Shown in pieces: positions 1-8,590 of a DNA stretch of 32,000 bases (its first letter is position 1; each line of letters opens with the position of its first letter). This DNA comes from Alkalilimnicola ehrlichii MLHE-1. GTDB taxonomy: Bacteria > Pseudomonadota > Gammaproteobacteria > Nitrococcales > Halorhodospiraceae. The stretch is from positions 1,020,001 to 1,052,000 of the forward strand of contig NC_008340.1 in the NCBI RefSeq assembly GCF_000014785.1. The letters are read 5' to 3'. The position numbers and the translations under genes are program-made. The notes under the pieces were generated by a model. The model saw nothing but the letters and a program-made list of their open reading frames with translations. It did no database searches and was not told the origin of the DNA.

Positions 1-1
1 G

Positions 2-1561
2 GCCGACCTGAACCGGGAGATCGTTCGCGAGCAGAACCGGGTCGGTCAGCCGCCCAACGACCTGCTGGACCAGCGGGATGAGTTGCTGCGCAGGATGGCC
101 GAGATCGCCGACGTGCGGGTGGTGGCCCAGACCGACGGGGCCGTGAATGTGGCGGTGGGCACCGGCCAGCCGGTGGTCAATGGCACCACCGCCAACCGCA
201 TCGAAATCGGCCCCGCTGACGGGGACCCCGAGCAACTGGACCTGTTCGTGGAGACCGCCGGCGGGCGGGTTAATGTCACGAGCAACCTCACCGGCGGCGG
301 GCTGGGTGGGCTGATGGAGTTCCGCGACCAGGTGCTCAACCCGGTGAACGACGAGCTGGGCCGGATCGCGGTCACCGTGGCCGAGACCCTCAACGCCCAG
401 CACAATCTCGGTGTTCAGTTCGACTCCGGGGAGCCCCGTCCGGGGGCCGACCTGTTCAGCGTGGCGCCCCCGCGGATGACCGAGGTGACCAACGCCGACC
501 CGGCCACACGCCCGGCGGTGGGCTTCGACCGAGAGCGGATCGATCAGCTCACCGGGCAGAACTACAGCCTGCGCTACGAGGGCGGTGACACCTGGCGGCT
601 GGTCAACGTCGATGACGCGGCGGGGACCCGCCGTTTCGACCTGGATGACCTGGAGACCGACGACGACGGTAACTATCTGCTGCGGGCCGACGGCCTGGCG
701 ATCAACCTGGGCCCCGACCCCGACGGTGACTTCTCCCGCGGCGACCGCTTCGATATCCAGCCCACCCGGCTGGGGGCGAGCAGTATCGAAACCCGCCTGA
801 GTCGTCCCAACCAAGTGGCGGCCGCCTCTGCGCTGATCTCGGGTGAGGGGGTGGACGGTGACGGCCAGTCGGCCAATACCGGCACCGGTCAGATCAGCCC
901 CATCCAGCTGACCGCGGCGGACGACGGCGCGATCCCCCTCGACGAAACGATCGAACTGAACTTCGTCCTGGCGGGGGGCGACAATGACGAACCCGGCTTC
1001 GAGGCCGAGGTGCCCGATGGCCAGGGTGGTATGGCGGCGGTCTTTTTGCCTTATGACCCGGAGGCACTGGACGTGGAGGTCGGTGCCACCTTCAGCCTCG
1101 GCGCCGAACCGGATGCGGGTGCGGACGAGGACGGTTTTGACGGTTACCTCGGCCTGCCCGGCCTGGCCGGCCGTTTCACGCTCTCGGGGGTGCCCCGCGA
1201 AGGCGATACCTTCTCTATCGGCGGCAACCGCAGCGCCGTGGGGGATAACGGCAATGCCCTGGCCATGGTGGGGCTGGAGGACCTGGAGACCCTGGACGGG
1301 GGCAACACCACCTTCCAGGAGGCCTACAGCAGTCTGGTGGGGGACGTGGGGGCCAATACCCTGCGGGCGCAGTCCAACCGGGACGCCCAGGAGACCCTGC
1401 TCAACCAGTCCATCGAGGCCCGCGAGGCCGTGTCCGGCGTCAACCTGGACGAGGAGGCGGCCAACATGCTGCGCTTCCAGCAGGCCTACTCGGCATCGGC
1501 CCAGGTCATTGCCGTTTCCAACGAATTGTTCCAGACCCTACTGGGCGCGGTGCAGAGGTAA
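2..1561 (+). CDS. flgK: Flagellar hook-associated protein 1 (FlgK); the N-terminus lies upstream of the window
   Basis: The frame is open from the window edge (ADLNREIVREQNRVGQPPNDLLDQRDELLRRM...), so the ATG at 83 is internal. The C-terminus NLDEEAANMLRFQQAYSASAQVIAVSNELFQTLLGAV is the conserved FlgK rod/hook-type C-terminal helix. flgL follows 6 nt downstream. Confidence 0.9.
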   Translation, partial: ADLNREIVREQNRVGQPPNDLLDQRDELLRRMAEIADVRVVAQTDGAVNVAVGTGQPVVNGTTANRIEIGPADGDPEQLDLFVETAGGRVNVTSNLTGGGLGGLMEFRDQVLNPVNDELGRIAVTVAETLNAQHNLGVQFDSGEPRPGADLFSVAPPRMTEVTNADPATRPAVGFDRERIDQLTGQNYSLRYEGGDTWRLVNVDDAAGTRRFDLDDLETDDDGNYLLRADGLAINLGPDPDGDFSRGDRFDIQPTRLGASSIETRLSRPNQVAAASALISGEGVDGDGQSANTGTGQISPIQLTAADDGAIPLDETIELNFVLAGGDNDEPGFEAEVPDGQGGMAAVFLPYDPEALDVEVGATFSLGAEPDAGADEDGFDGYLGLPGLAGRFTLSGVPREGDTFSIGGNRSAVGDNGNALAMVGLEDLETLDGGNTTFQEAYSSLVGDVGANTLRAQSNRDAQETLLNQSIEAREAVSGVNLDEEAANMLRFQQAYSASAQVIAVSNELFQTLLGAVQR

Positions 1562-1567
1562 GCAGCC

Positions 1568-2794
1568 ATGCGATTGTCCACCAGCCAACTGGCCCTGCAG
1601 GGGGTGAACAGCATCCTCTCCCAGCAGGCCTCGCTGTCGAAGACCCAGGCGCAACTGGCCAGCGGCCGGCAGATCCTGACCCCGTCGGACGACCCGGCCG
1701 GCGCCTCCCGCATCCTGGAGCTGGAGAAGGCCATCAATACCGTGGAGCGGTACAACCGCAACGCCGACCAGGCGGAGACCCGGTTGGGGCTATCGGAGAA
1801 CATCCTCAACGAGTTTGGCAACACCCTGCAGCGGGTGCGCGAGCTCTCCGTGCAGGCGGCCAACGGCTCGCAGGACCGGGAGACCCGGGCCTACATCGCC
1901 TCTGAGCTGCGCCAGGCCCAGGATCAACTCGTACAGCTCGCCAACACCGATGACGGCAACGGCGAGTTCCTGTTCGCCGGCTCCGAGACCCGCACCCAGC
2001 CCTTCACCAAGACCGCGGGCGGGAAGGTGGTGTACAACGGCGATCAGGGCCAGCGGGAGGTACGTATCGGCCCCTCGCGTACGCTGGCGGTGGACAGCTC
2101 GGGCTTCGACGCCTTCATGAAGATCCCCAACGGCAATGGGGATTACCAGGCCCGCGAGGCGCAGGGGAACAGCGGCAGCGGCATCATCACCGTCGGCGAC
2201 TCGCCCGCCCTGGTCCAGCCCGGGGAGGCGTACACCATCGCCTTCGAACAGGACGGGGCGGGAGGCATGACCTACCGGGTGCTGGATGGCGACGATCAGC
2301 CGGTGGCGGTGGACGGCGAGCCCGTCACCGGGCCCTACGAGCCCGGTATGACCCTCCGGTTTCCCGCCGAGAGCGGCCAGTCGCTGCAGGTGAAGCTGGA
2401 CGGCCGGCCGGAGGAGGGCGACCGGTTCGAGGTGAGCGCGGCCAGGCCTCAGTCTGTATTCGAGACCGTCAACAACCTCATCCGCACCCTGGAAGACGAC
2501 GGTGACGGTCCGGCCCTGAATAATGCCGTCAACCGCTTTCTGGCCGACATCGACCAGGGGATGGAGAACATCATCCGGGTACGCTCGGAGCTGGGGGCCC
2601 GGCTGAACACCCTGGACGCCAGTCGCGATGCCAACGAGGGCGCCCTGCTGGACCTGAATGCCGCGAAATCCAGGTTGGCGGACCTGGACTACGCCGAGGC
2701 CACCGGTCGCTTCAACCAGGAGCTGGTGGGGCTGCAGGCCGCGCAGCAGACCTATACCCGACTGCAGGGGCTGTCGCTCTTCGAGTTCATCTAG
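1568..2794 (+). CDS. flgL: Flagellar hook-associated protein 3 (FlgL)
   Basis: 408 aa. It has a flagellin-like N-terminus (MRLSTSQLALQGVNSILSQQASLSKTQAQLASGRQILTPSDDPAGAS) and C-terminus (LADLDYAEATGRFNQELVGLQAAQQTYTRLQGLSLFEFI). A GAGG lies upstream of the ATG, and the gene sits immediately after flgK. Confidence 0.9.
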   Translation: MRLSTSQLALQGVNSILSQQASLSKTQAQLASGRQILTPSDDPAGASRILELEKAINTVERYNRNADQAETRLGLSENILNEFGNTLQRVRELSVQAANGSQDRETRAYIASELRQAQDQLVQLANTDDGNGEFLFAGSETRTQPFTKTAGGKVVYNGDQGQREVRIGPSRTLAVDSSGFDAFMKIPNGNGDYQAREAQGNSGSGIITVGDSPALVQPGEAYTIAFEQDGAGGMTYRVLDGDDQPVAVDGEPVTGPYEPGMTLRFPAESGQSLQVKLDGRPEEGDRFEVSAARPQSVFETVNNLIRTLEDDGDGPALNNAVNRFLADIDQGMENIIRVRSELGARLNTLDASRDANEGALLDLNAAKSRLADLDYAEATGRFNQELVGLQAAQQTYTRLQGLSLFEFI

Positions 2795-3456
2795 GCCGAC
2801 TCGGCACTGGGGCAGCGGTCAGCCAGCGGGCAGACGCCGCAGCGGGGCCGCGGCCGGCAGGTGGCCTTGCCCAGGGCGACGATCTGGGCGTGGTAGTCGT
2901 TGTACAGCGCCACATCCGGCCCCAGGGCGCGCTCAAAGGCCGCGCGCAGGGGCTCATAGCCCGGGTCCCCGTCCACCAGCCCCAGTCGGGCGAAGATTCG
3001 CCGGGTGTAGGCGTCGATCACAAAGACCGGTCGCTCGAAGGCGTAGAGCAGGATATCGTCCGCGGTTTCGCGCCCCACCCCATGGACCGCCAGCAGCCGT
3101 TGGCGCAGGGTGGCGGTGTCCAGCGCCGCCAGGCCCGCCTCCCCGCCGGCGTCCTGCCAGGCCCGGCACAACGCCAGCAGCCGCCGCGCCTTGACGTTGA
3201 AGTAGCCGGAGGGCCGGATAACCTCGGCCAGGGCCTCCTGCGGGCAGTCCAGCATCGCCTCGGGGGCCAGCAGGCGACGCTCGCGGAGCCGCGTGATGGC
3301 CTTCTCCACGTTGCTCCAGGCGGTGTTCTGGGTGAGCACCGCGCCCACCGCAATCTCGAAGCAGCCGTTGCCCGGCCACCAGTCCAGGTGGCCGTGGTGG
3401 TCCCGCAGGGCCCGGTAGATGGCGTGCAGCCGGGGCCCGGTGAGGGCGTCGGTCAT
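2791..3456 (-). CDS. Endonuclease III-related HhH-GPD family protein with a 4Fe-4S cluster loop
   Basis: 221 aa. It has a helix-hairpin-helix/GPD region (LLAVHGVGRETADDILLYAF...VIDAYTRR) and a C-terminal Cys-X6-Cys-X2-Cys-X5-Cys (CRPRPRCGVCPLADRC). The Lys that Nth uses in its HhH motif is Glu here (GVGRET), so a bifunctional Nth-type lyase is unlikely. Confidence 0.75.
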   Translation of the reverse strand: MTDALTGPRLHAIYRALRDHHGHLDWWPGNGCFEIAVGAVLTQNTAWSNVEKAITRLRERRLLAPEAMLDCPQEALAEVIRPSGYFNVKARRLLALCRAWQDAGGEAGLAALDTATLRQRLLAVHGVGRETADDILLYAFERPVFVIDAYTRRIFARLGLVDGDPGYEPLRAAFERALGPDVALYNDYHAQIVALGKATCRPRPRCGVCPLADRCPSAESA

Positions 3457-3464
3457 GTCGCCGG

Positions 3465-4223
3465 TCAGCGCGCCAGGGTGAGGGACTGGCCGTGGACGTC
3501 GGCACTGTCCGCGCCCAGCAGCCAGACGAAGGCCCCGGCTACCTGGTCGGGGGTGGGCAGCTTCTCCTGGTCCTCGCCCGGGTAGGCCTGATAGCGCATT
3601 CGGGTGCGCACCGCACCCGGGTCCAGGCTGTTGACCCGCACCGGGGTGGTGTCGGCGAGCTCGGCGGCGAGGATGCGCATCAGACCTTCCACTCCGGCCG
3701 CCGAGACGCCGTAGGCGCCGGCATAGGGCATCTGTTCCCGGCCCTCACGGGCGCTGGTGAAGACGATGGAGGCGGCCGGCGATTGGCGCAGCAGCGGCAG
3801 GCAGGCCCGGGTGACCAGGAAGGGGGCGTGGAGATTGAGGTGGACGGTCCGGAACCAGGCTTCCATGTCGTAGATCTCCACCGGCGCCGGACGGCCGAGC
3901 ATCGCGGCGCAGTGCAGCAGACCATCGAGCCGCCCGAAGTTCTCCTCCAGGCGCACGCGCATGTCGTCGTAGTCCGCCGTGCTGGCGCCCTCCAGGTTCA
4001 TCGGGTAGAGCGCCGGTTCCGCCGGGCCGCGCTGGGCCAGGTCATCGTACAGGCGCTCCAGTGACTTCATGTCCTTGTCCAGGGCGACCACGGTGGCCCC
4101 GGCCTCGGCCAGCTGGCGGCAGACCGCCCCGCCGATCCCCCCACAGGCCCCGGTCACCAGGATGATGCGGTCCCGGAACAGCTCAGCCGCCGGGGTATAG
4201 TCGCCGGTCAGTGGATTGCTCAT
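3465..4223 (-). CDS. Short-chain dehydrogenase/reductase-fold protein (YciK-like) that lacks the catalytic Lys
   Basis: 252 aa. The Rossmann motif VTGACGGIGGAV (TGxxxGxG) is present and the overall layout resembles YciK-type SDRs. The expected YxxxK reads YGVSA (nt 3699-3713), and the NNAG-like motif reads HCAA. Confidence 0.75.
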   Translation of the reverse strand: MSNPLTGDYTPAAELFRDRIILVTGACGGIGGAVCRQLAEAGATVVALDKDMKSLERLYDDLAQRGPAEPALYPMNLEGASTADYDDMRVRLEENFGRLDGLLHCAAMLGRPAPVEIYDMEAWFRTVHLNLHAPFLVTRACLPLLRQSPAASIVFTSAREGREQMPYAGAYGVSAAGVEGLMRILAAELADTTPVRVNSLDPGAVRTRMRYQAYPGEDQEKLPTPDQVAGAFVWLLGADSADVHGQSLTLAR

Positions 4224-4236
4224 TGTGTTTCCTCTT

Positions 4237-5091
4237 CTATTGGTTTTGATGCCGCCGTTCCCTGCGCGCGGTGCGCCATGCCAGCCACAGCTTGCGCAGC
4301 GGTGTCAGGTGAACGCGCCGATGGAGCATGGGCAGCCCCTGGCGCTCCAGCTCCACCAGCAGTTGCCGGTAGAGGGCGGCCATGATCAGGGCCGGGCGCT
4401 GGGCATAGCGGTCGCGGTCGGCCAGGGCGGTATCCGCCTGGCGGAAGAAATCGCGCGCCCGGTCCACCTGCTGCTGCAGCAGGTGCTGCAGCCCCGGGTG
4501 GTCCGCGGGCAGTCGCAGCAGGCCCTCGCGGGACAGGCCTGCCGCGTGGATCTCGTCCTCCGGCAGATAGAACCGCCCGGCCCGGGCGTGGCGGCCCAGG
4601 TGGCGCAGTCGGCCGGTGAGCAGCAGGGCCATCCCCAGATGGTGCCCGAAGCGGGCACTGGCCGGGTCATTGTACCCCGCCTGGCGCAGGGCCAGATCGG
4701 CCATGGCACACCCCACTTGATGGCCGTAGGCCGACAGCTCGCGGAAGCTGGGATAGACGCCATACTCCAGGTCCAGCGCCGTGCCGGTGATGATGTCCTC
4801 GAAGCGCTCGCGGGGCAGTTCGGACTGCCGGATCACCGGGACCAGGGCGTGGCCCACCGGGTGCTCCGGTTGCCGCTCGAAGACGCGGTCGATCTCCCCG
4901 CGCCACCAGTCGAGCTTGGCCCGGCCCACAGCGGGATCGCTGACCTCACCGGGGATGGCCGTCACCTCGCGGTGAAAGGCGTGCAGCGCCAGCAGCCCGT
5001 CCCGTTGAACGGGGGTGGCGAACAGCAGGGCGTAATGCAGGCTGGACCCCGGTGGGGCGGCCTTTTTGCGGCAGTAGTCCAGAGCTTGCAC
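4237..5091 (-). CDS. Squalene/phytoene synthase-fold protein (HpnD/CrtB-like) with both Asp-rich motifs degenerate
   Basis: The N-terminus LDYCRKKAAPPGSSLHYALLF...LLALHAFHREV and the later GRFYLPEDEI match the SQS/PSY architecture. The ORF is open up to the ATG at 5229, but that start would leave only 17 bp to the divergent gene and adds an Arg-rich, non-homologous 46 aa. I therefore prefer the GTG at 5089-5091 (VQALDYC...). The exact start is uncertain. Confidence 0.7.
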   Translation of the reverse strand: MQALDYCRKKAAPPGSSLHYALLFATPVQRDGLLALHAFHREVTAIPGEVSDPAVGRAKLDWWRGEIDRVFERQPEHPVGHALVPVIRQSELPRERFEDIITGTALDLEYGVYPSFRELSAYGHQVGCAMADLALRQAGYNDPASARFGHHLGMALLLTGRLRHLGRHARAGRFYLPEDEIHAAGLSREGLLRLPADHPGLQHLLQQQVDRARDFFRQADTALADRDRYAQRPALIMAALYRQLLVELERQGLPMLHRRVHLTPLRKLWLAWRTARRERRHQNQ

Positions 5092-5246
5092 GGGCTGGGT
5101 GGCGGTGGCGGCGGATGGAGTGCGGCCTAATCTAACACGCTGGGGCCCCGGGGCGCAGCCGGTGCGCGCGCGGTTGCAAAACCGCAGGGCTACCCCCAGT
5201 CTCCAAGGTATCAGCGACTTGCCGAACACTGTAGCGGGGTTGCCTT

Positions 5247-6548
5247 ATGGTGGCGCACAAGAACATCTTCGTATTCGGGCTGGACGAGGAGAACCACGCG
5301 TTTCTCAAGCGCGTCCGGCACGCGGAGCACTATACGTTCCACGGCCTGCTGAACCGCTCCGAACTGGTGGAGCGGGACGATTACGACATCCCGCACCTCA
5401 TCGAGAAGGTGCGGACCCGGCTGAATGGCTTCGATGGGTCCGTGGACGGCCTGATCCACTACATCGATTTTCCGGTGAGCACCACGGTACCCCTGCTGGC
5501 CCGGGAGTACGGGCTGCCTTCGGCGTCCCTGGAGGCGGTGCTCTGCTGCGAGCACAAGTACTGGGCGCGGGTGGAGCAGGCCAGGGTGATCCCCGATGCC
5601 TGCCCGCCCTTTGCCGCCTTCGACCCCTTCGACGACCGTGCCCGGGCGCGGCTCGAGGCGGAGATCGGCTACCCGTTCTGGGTCAAGCCCATCAAGTCCT
5701 TCTCCAGCTACCTGGGTTTCCGTATTGACGGACCGGAGGACTTCGAGCACGCCCAGGCGCGGATGCGGGCGGGAATCGGTCGCTTCGCCGAGCCCTTCGA
5801 CTACCTGCTGGACCAGGTGGAACTCCCCCCGGAGGTGCGCGGCATCGGCGGCGGCCACTGCCTGGCCGAGGGCATCATTGGTGGCCATCAGTGCACCCTG
5901 GAGGGCTATGGCTACCAGGGCCATGTGTATGTCTACGGTGCGGTGGACTCGGTCCGCGAGCCCAACGGCTCTTCATTCCGGCGCTACCAATACCCGTCGG
6001 TGCTGCCCGAGCCGGTCCAGCAACGGATGATCGAGCAGGCGCGGCGGTTCATGACCCACATCGGCTACGACAATGCGCCCTTCAACATTGAGTTCTACTG
6101 GGACGAAGCCACAGACGATGTCTGGCTGTTGGAGGTCAACACCCGGCTGTCCCAGTCCCACTGCGACCTGTTCGAGAAGGTGGACGGGGTCTCGCACCAG
6201 GAGGTGGCCGTTGACCTGGCGCTGGGTCGGGCGCCGGAGTTCCCGCAGGGGCGGGGCGAGTTCCCCATGGCGGCGAAGTGCTTCCTGCGGGTGTTCGAGG
6301 ACGGCAAGGTCACCCGGGTGCCCAGTGCATCGGAGGTGCGCGCTTTGGAGGAGGCCTTCCCCGGGACCCGTATCCAGATCCAGGCTCGCGAGGGTGCCTG
6401 GCTGTCCCAGCTCTGGGATCAGGACAGTTACAGTTACTGCCTGGCGCTGATCTTCCTGGGCGGCGAGAATGAAGAGGACATAGAGGCCCGTTTCGAACAC
6501 ATCCGCGAGGGCCTGGACTTTCGGATCGAGAAGCCGGAGGCAGCGTGA
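5247..6548 (+). CDS. ATP-grasp domain ligase of unknown substrate
   Basis: 433 aa. ATP-grasp hallmarks are present: YPFWVKPIKSFSSYLGF (Lys/Gly-rich ATP-binding strand) and DVWLLEVNTRLSQSH (Mg/ATP-binding E-x-N). I recognise no closer subfamily. Confidence 0.7.
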   Translation: MVAHKNIFVFGLDEENHAFLKRVRHAEHYTFHGLLNRSELVERDDYDIPHLIEKVRTRLNGFDGSVDGLIHYIDFPVSTTVPLLAREYGLPSASLEAVLCCEHKYWARVEQARVIPDACPPFAAFDPFDDRARARLEAEIGYPFWVKPIKSFSSYLGFRIDGPEDFEHAQARMRAGIGRFAEPFDYLLDQVELPPEVRGIGGGHCLAEGIIGGHQCTLEGYGYQGHVYVYGAVDSVREPNGSSFRRYQYPSVLPEPVQQRMIEQARRFMTHIGYDNAPFNIEFYWDEATDDVWLLEVNTRLSQSHCDLFEKVDGVSHQEVAVDLALGRAPEFPQGRGEFPMAAKCFLRVFEDGKVTRVPSASEVRALEEAFPGTRIQIQAREGAWLSQLWDQDSYSYCLALIFLGGENEEDIEARFEHIREGLDFRIEKPEAA

Positions 6549-8590
6549 TGCCCGAGAAGGCGCGTGTAGTGCCGTTGAACGACCTGCCGGAGCGCATCCG
6601 GGTGGTCGAGAACCTGTGGATCCCGATGCCGGATGGCGTGCAGTTGGCGGCCCGGGCCTGGATCCCAGAATCTGCCGTGCACCAGGCGGTGCCGGCCATC
6701 CTGGAGTACATCCCCTACCGCAAACGGGAGTTCACCCGGCAGCGAGATGACGCCACCCACGCCTACCTGGCCGGTCACGGCTACGCCTGCGTGCGGGTGG
6801 ACATCCGCGGCAGCGGCGAATCGGACGGGGTGCTCACCGACGAGTACCTGCCCATCGAGCTGGAGGACGGCGAGGTGATCCTGCGCTGGCTGGCGGAACA
6901 GGACTGGTGCAACGGTCGGGTGGGGATGATCGGCATCTCCTGGGGCGGGTTCAACGGCCTGCAGCTGGCCGCCCGGCAGCCCAAGGAGCTGGGGGCCATT
7001 GTCACCGTCTGCTCCACCGACGACCGGTACACCGACGACGTCCACTATATGGGCGGCTGCCTGCTCGGCGACAACCTGTCCTGGGCCTCGGCCATGTACA
7101 GCCACTCGGCCCTGCCGCCGGATCCGGCCATCGTCGGCGACAGCTGGCGCGAGACCTGGCACCGGCGCATGGAGGGCAGCGGTTTCTGGCTGGAGGACTG
7201 GTTGAGCCACCAGCGCCGCGACGACTACTGGCGCCACGGCTCCATCAACGAGGACTATGGCGCGGTACAGATCCCGGTGATGGCCGTCTCCGGCTGGGCG
7301 GACGGCTACTCCAACTCGGTGTTCCGCATGCTGGAGCACCTGCCGGGGCCGCGCATGGGGCTGGTTGGCCCCTGGGGCCACAAGTACCCCCACCAGGGCA
7401 TCCCGGGCCCGGCCATCGACTTCCTCGGCGAGGTGCTGCGCTGGTTCGACCGCTGGCTGAAGGACGAACCCAACGGGGTGGAGGCCGAGCCCATGCTGCG
7501 GGCCTGGGTCCAGGACACCATGCCCCCCATCACCGGGGTCCGCCACCGGCCGGGGCGCTGGGTGGCCGAGCCGGGCTGGCCCAGCCCCGGGGTGCGCAGA
7601 GAGTGCCTGGACCTGCGTCCGGGGCAGATTGGCAACAGCAGCGCCCGGCCCGCCGAGCACACCGATTTGACGCTGCAATCGCCGCTGTCGGTGGGGCTGT
7701 TCGCCGGGCGCTGGTGCTCGTTCAGCGCCACCCCGGACCTGCCCCACGACCAGCGCGAGGAGGACGGCGGTGCGCTGATCTTCACCAGCGATCCGCTGGA
7801 GCAGCCGCTGGAACTGCTCGGGCAGCCGGCGGTGACCCTGGAGGTGGCGTCCGACAAGCCGGTGGCGCAGGTGGCCGTGCGCCTGTCTGAGGTGGCGGAG
7901 AGCGACGAGGCCACCCGGCTGACCTACGGGCTGCTCAACCTCACCCACCGCAACGGCCATGAGGACCCGGAGCCGTTGGAGCCGGGCCGGTTCTACACCG
8001 TAAGGGTCAAGCTCAACGACATCGGTCAGCGCATCCCCGCCGGCCACCGGTTGCGGGTGTCGATCTCCACCTCTTACTGGCCGCTGGCCTGGCCGGCGCC
8101 GGAGTCGCCGCGGCTCACCTTCCGTACCCAGGGCTGCTGCCTGGAGCTGCCGGTGCGCGAGTCTGCTGCCGAGGAGGAGAACCTGCGCCGCCCCGGCCCG
8201 CCGGTGCAGAGCCCGGGGCCGGCGATGACCCTGTTGCAGCCGCGGGACTACGGCTGGACGGTCACCCGGGACCTGGCGTCCGACCGCTCCACACTGGAGG
8301 TCAAGAAGGACGAGGGGGCCTTCCAACTGGATGAGATCGGCATGGGCATGCGCATTCACACCGTTGAGTGGTACAGCCATACGGGCAATCAGTACGACTC
8401 GGTGCGGGGCGAGACCCGCGCGGTGCGGGAGTTGCGCCGGGAGGGCTGGCAGGTGCGGGTGGAGACCCGCACGGTGCTCACCTCCGACGCCGGGAACTTC
8501 CACCTGCGCGCCGAGATGGACGCCTACGAGGGCGACGAGCGGGTGCATGCGCACAACATCTCGCGCAGCATCCCGCGTGACCTGATCTAG
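6545..8590 (+). CDS. CocE/NonD family alpha/beta hydrolase (Xaa-Pro dipeptidyl-peptidase S15-like)
   Basis: 681 aa. It has EYIPYRKREFT...VRVDIRGSGESDG and the nucleophile elbow GMIGISWGG (GxSxG), plus a long C-terminal beta-domain typical of the family. The start is GTG 6545 or ATG 6548, and both overlap the upstream TGA (GTGATG). Confidence 0.8.
   Translation: MMPEKARVVPLNDLPERIRVVENLWIPMPDGVQLAARAWIPESAVHQAVPAILEYIPYRKREFTRQRDDATHAYLAGHGYACVRVDIRGSGESDGVLTDEYLPIELEDGEVILRWLAEQDWCNGRVGMIGISWGGFNGLQLAARQPKELGAIVTVCSTDDRYTDDVHYMGGCLLGDNLSWASAMYSHSALPPDPAIVGDSWRETWHRRMEGSGFWLEDWLSHQRRDDYWRHGSINEDYGAVQIPVMAVSGWADGYSNSVFRMLEHLPGPRMGLVGPWGHKYPHQGIPGPAIDFLGEVLRWFDRWLKDEPNGVEAEPMLRAWVQDTMPPITGVRHRPGRWVAEPGWPSPGVRRECLDLRPGQIGNSSARPAEHTDLTLQSPLSVGLFAGRWCSFSATPDLPHDQREEDGGALIFTSDPLEQPLELLGQPAVTLEVASDKPVAQVAVRLSEVAESDEATRLTYGLLNLTHRNGHEDPEPLEPGRFYTVRVKLNDIGQRIPAGHRLRVSISTSYWPLAWPAPESPRLTFRTQGCCLELPVRESAAEEENLRRPGPPVQSPGPAMTLLQPRDYGWTVTRDLASDRSTLEVKKDEGAFQLDEIGMGMRIHTVEWYSHTGNQYDSVRGETRAVRELRREGWQVRVETRTVLTSDAGNFHLRAEMDAYEGDERVHAHNISRSIPRDLI

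Noticed and set aside
5092-5229. An N-terminal 46-codon extension of the PSY-fold gene starts at ATG 5229.
   Set aside because: It would leave only 17 bp between two divergent start codons. The extension (MFGKSLIPWRLGVALRFCNRARTGCAPGPQRVRLGRTP...) is Arg-rich and non-homologous. Family-type sequence begins right after the in-frame GTG at 5091.
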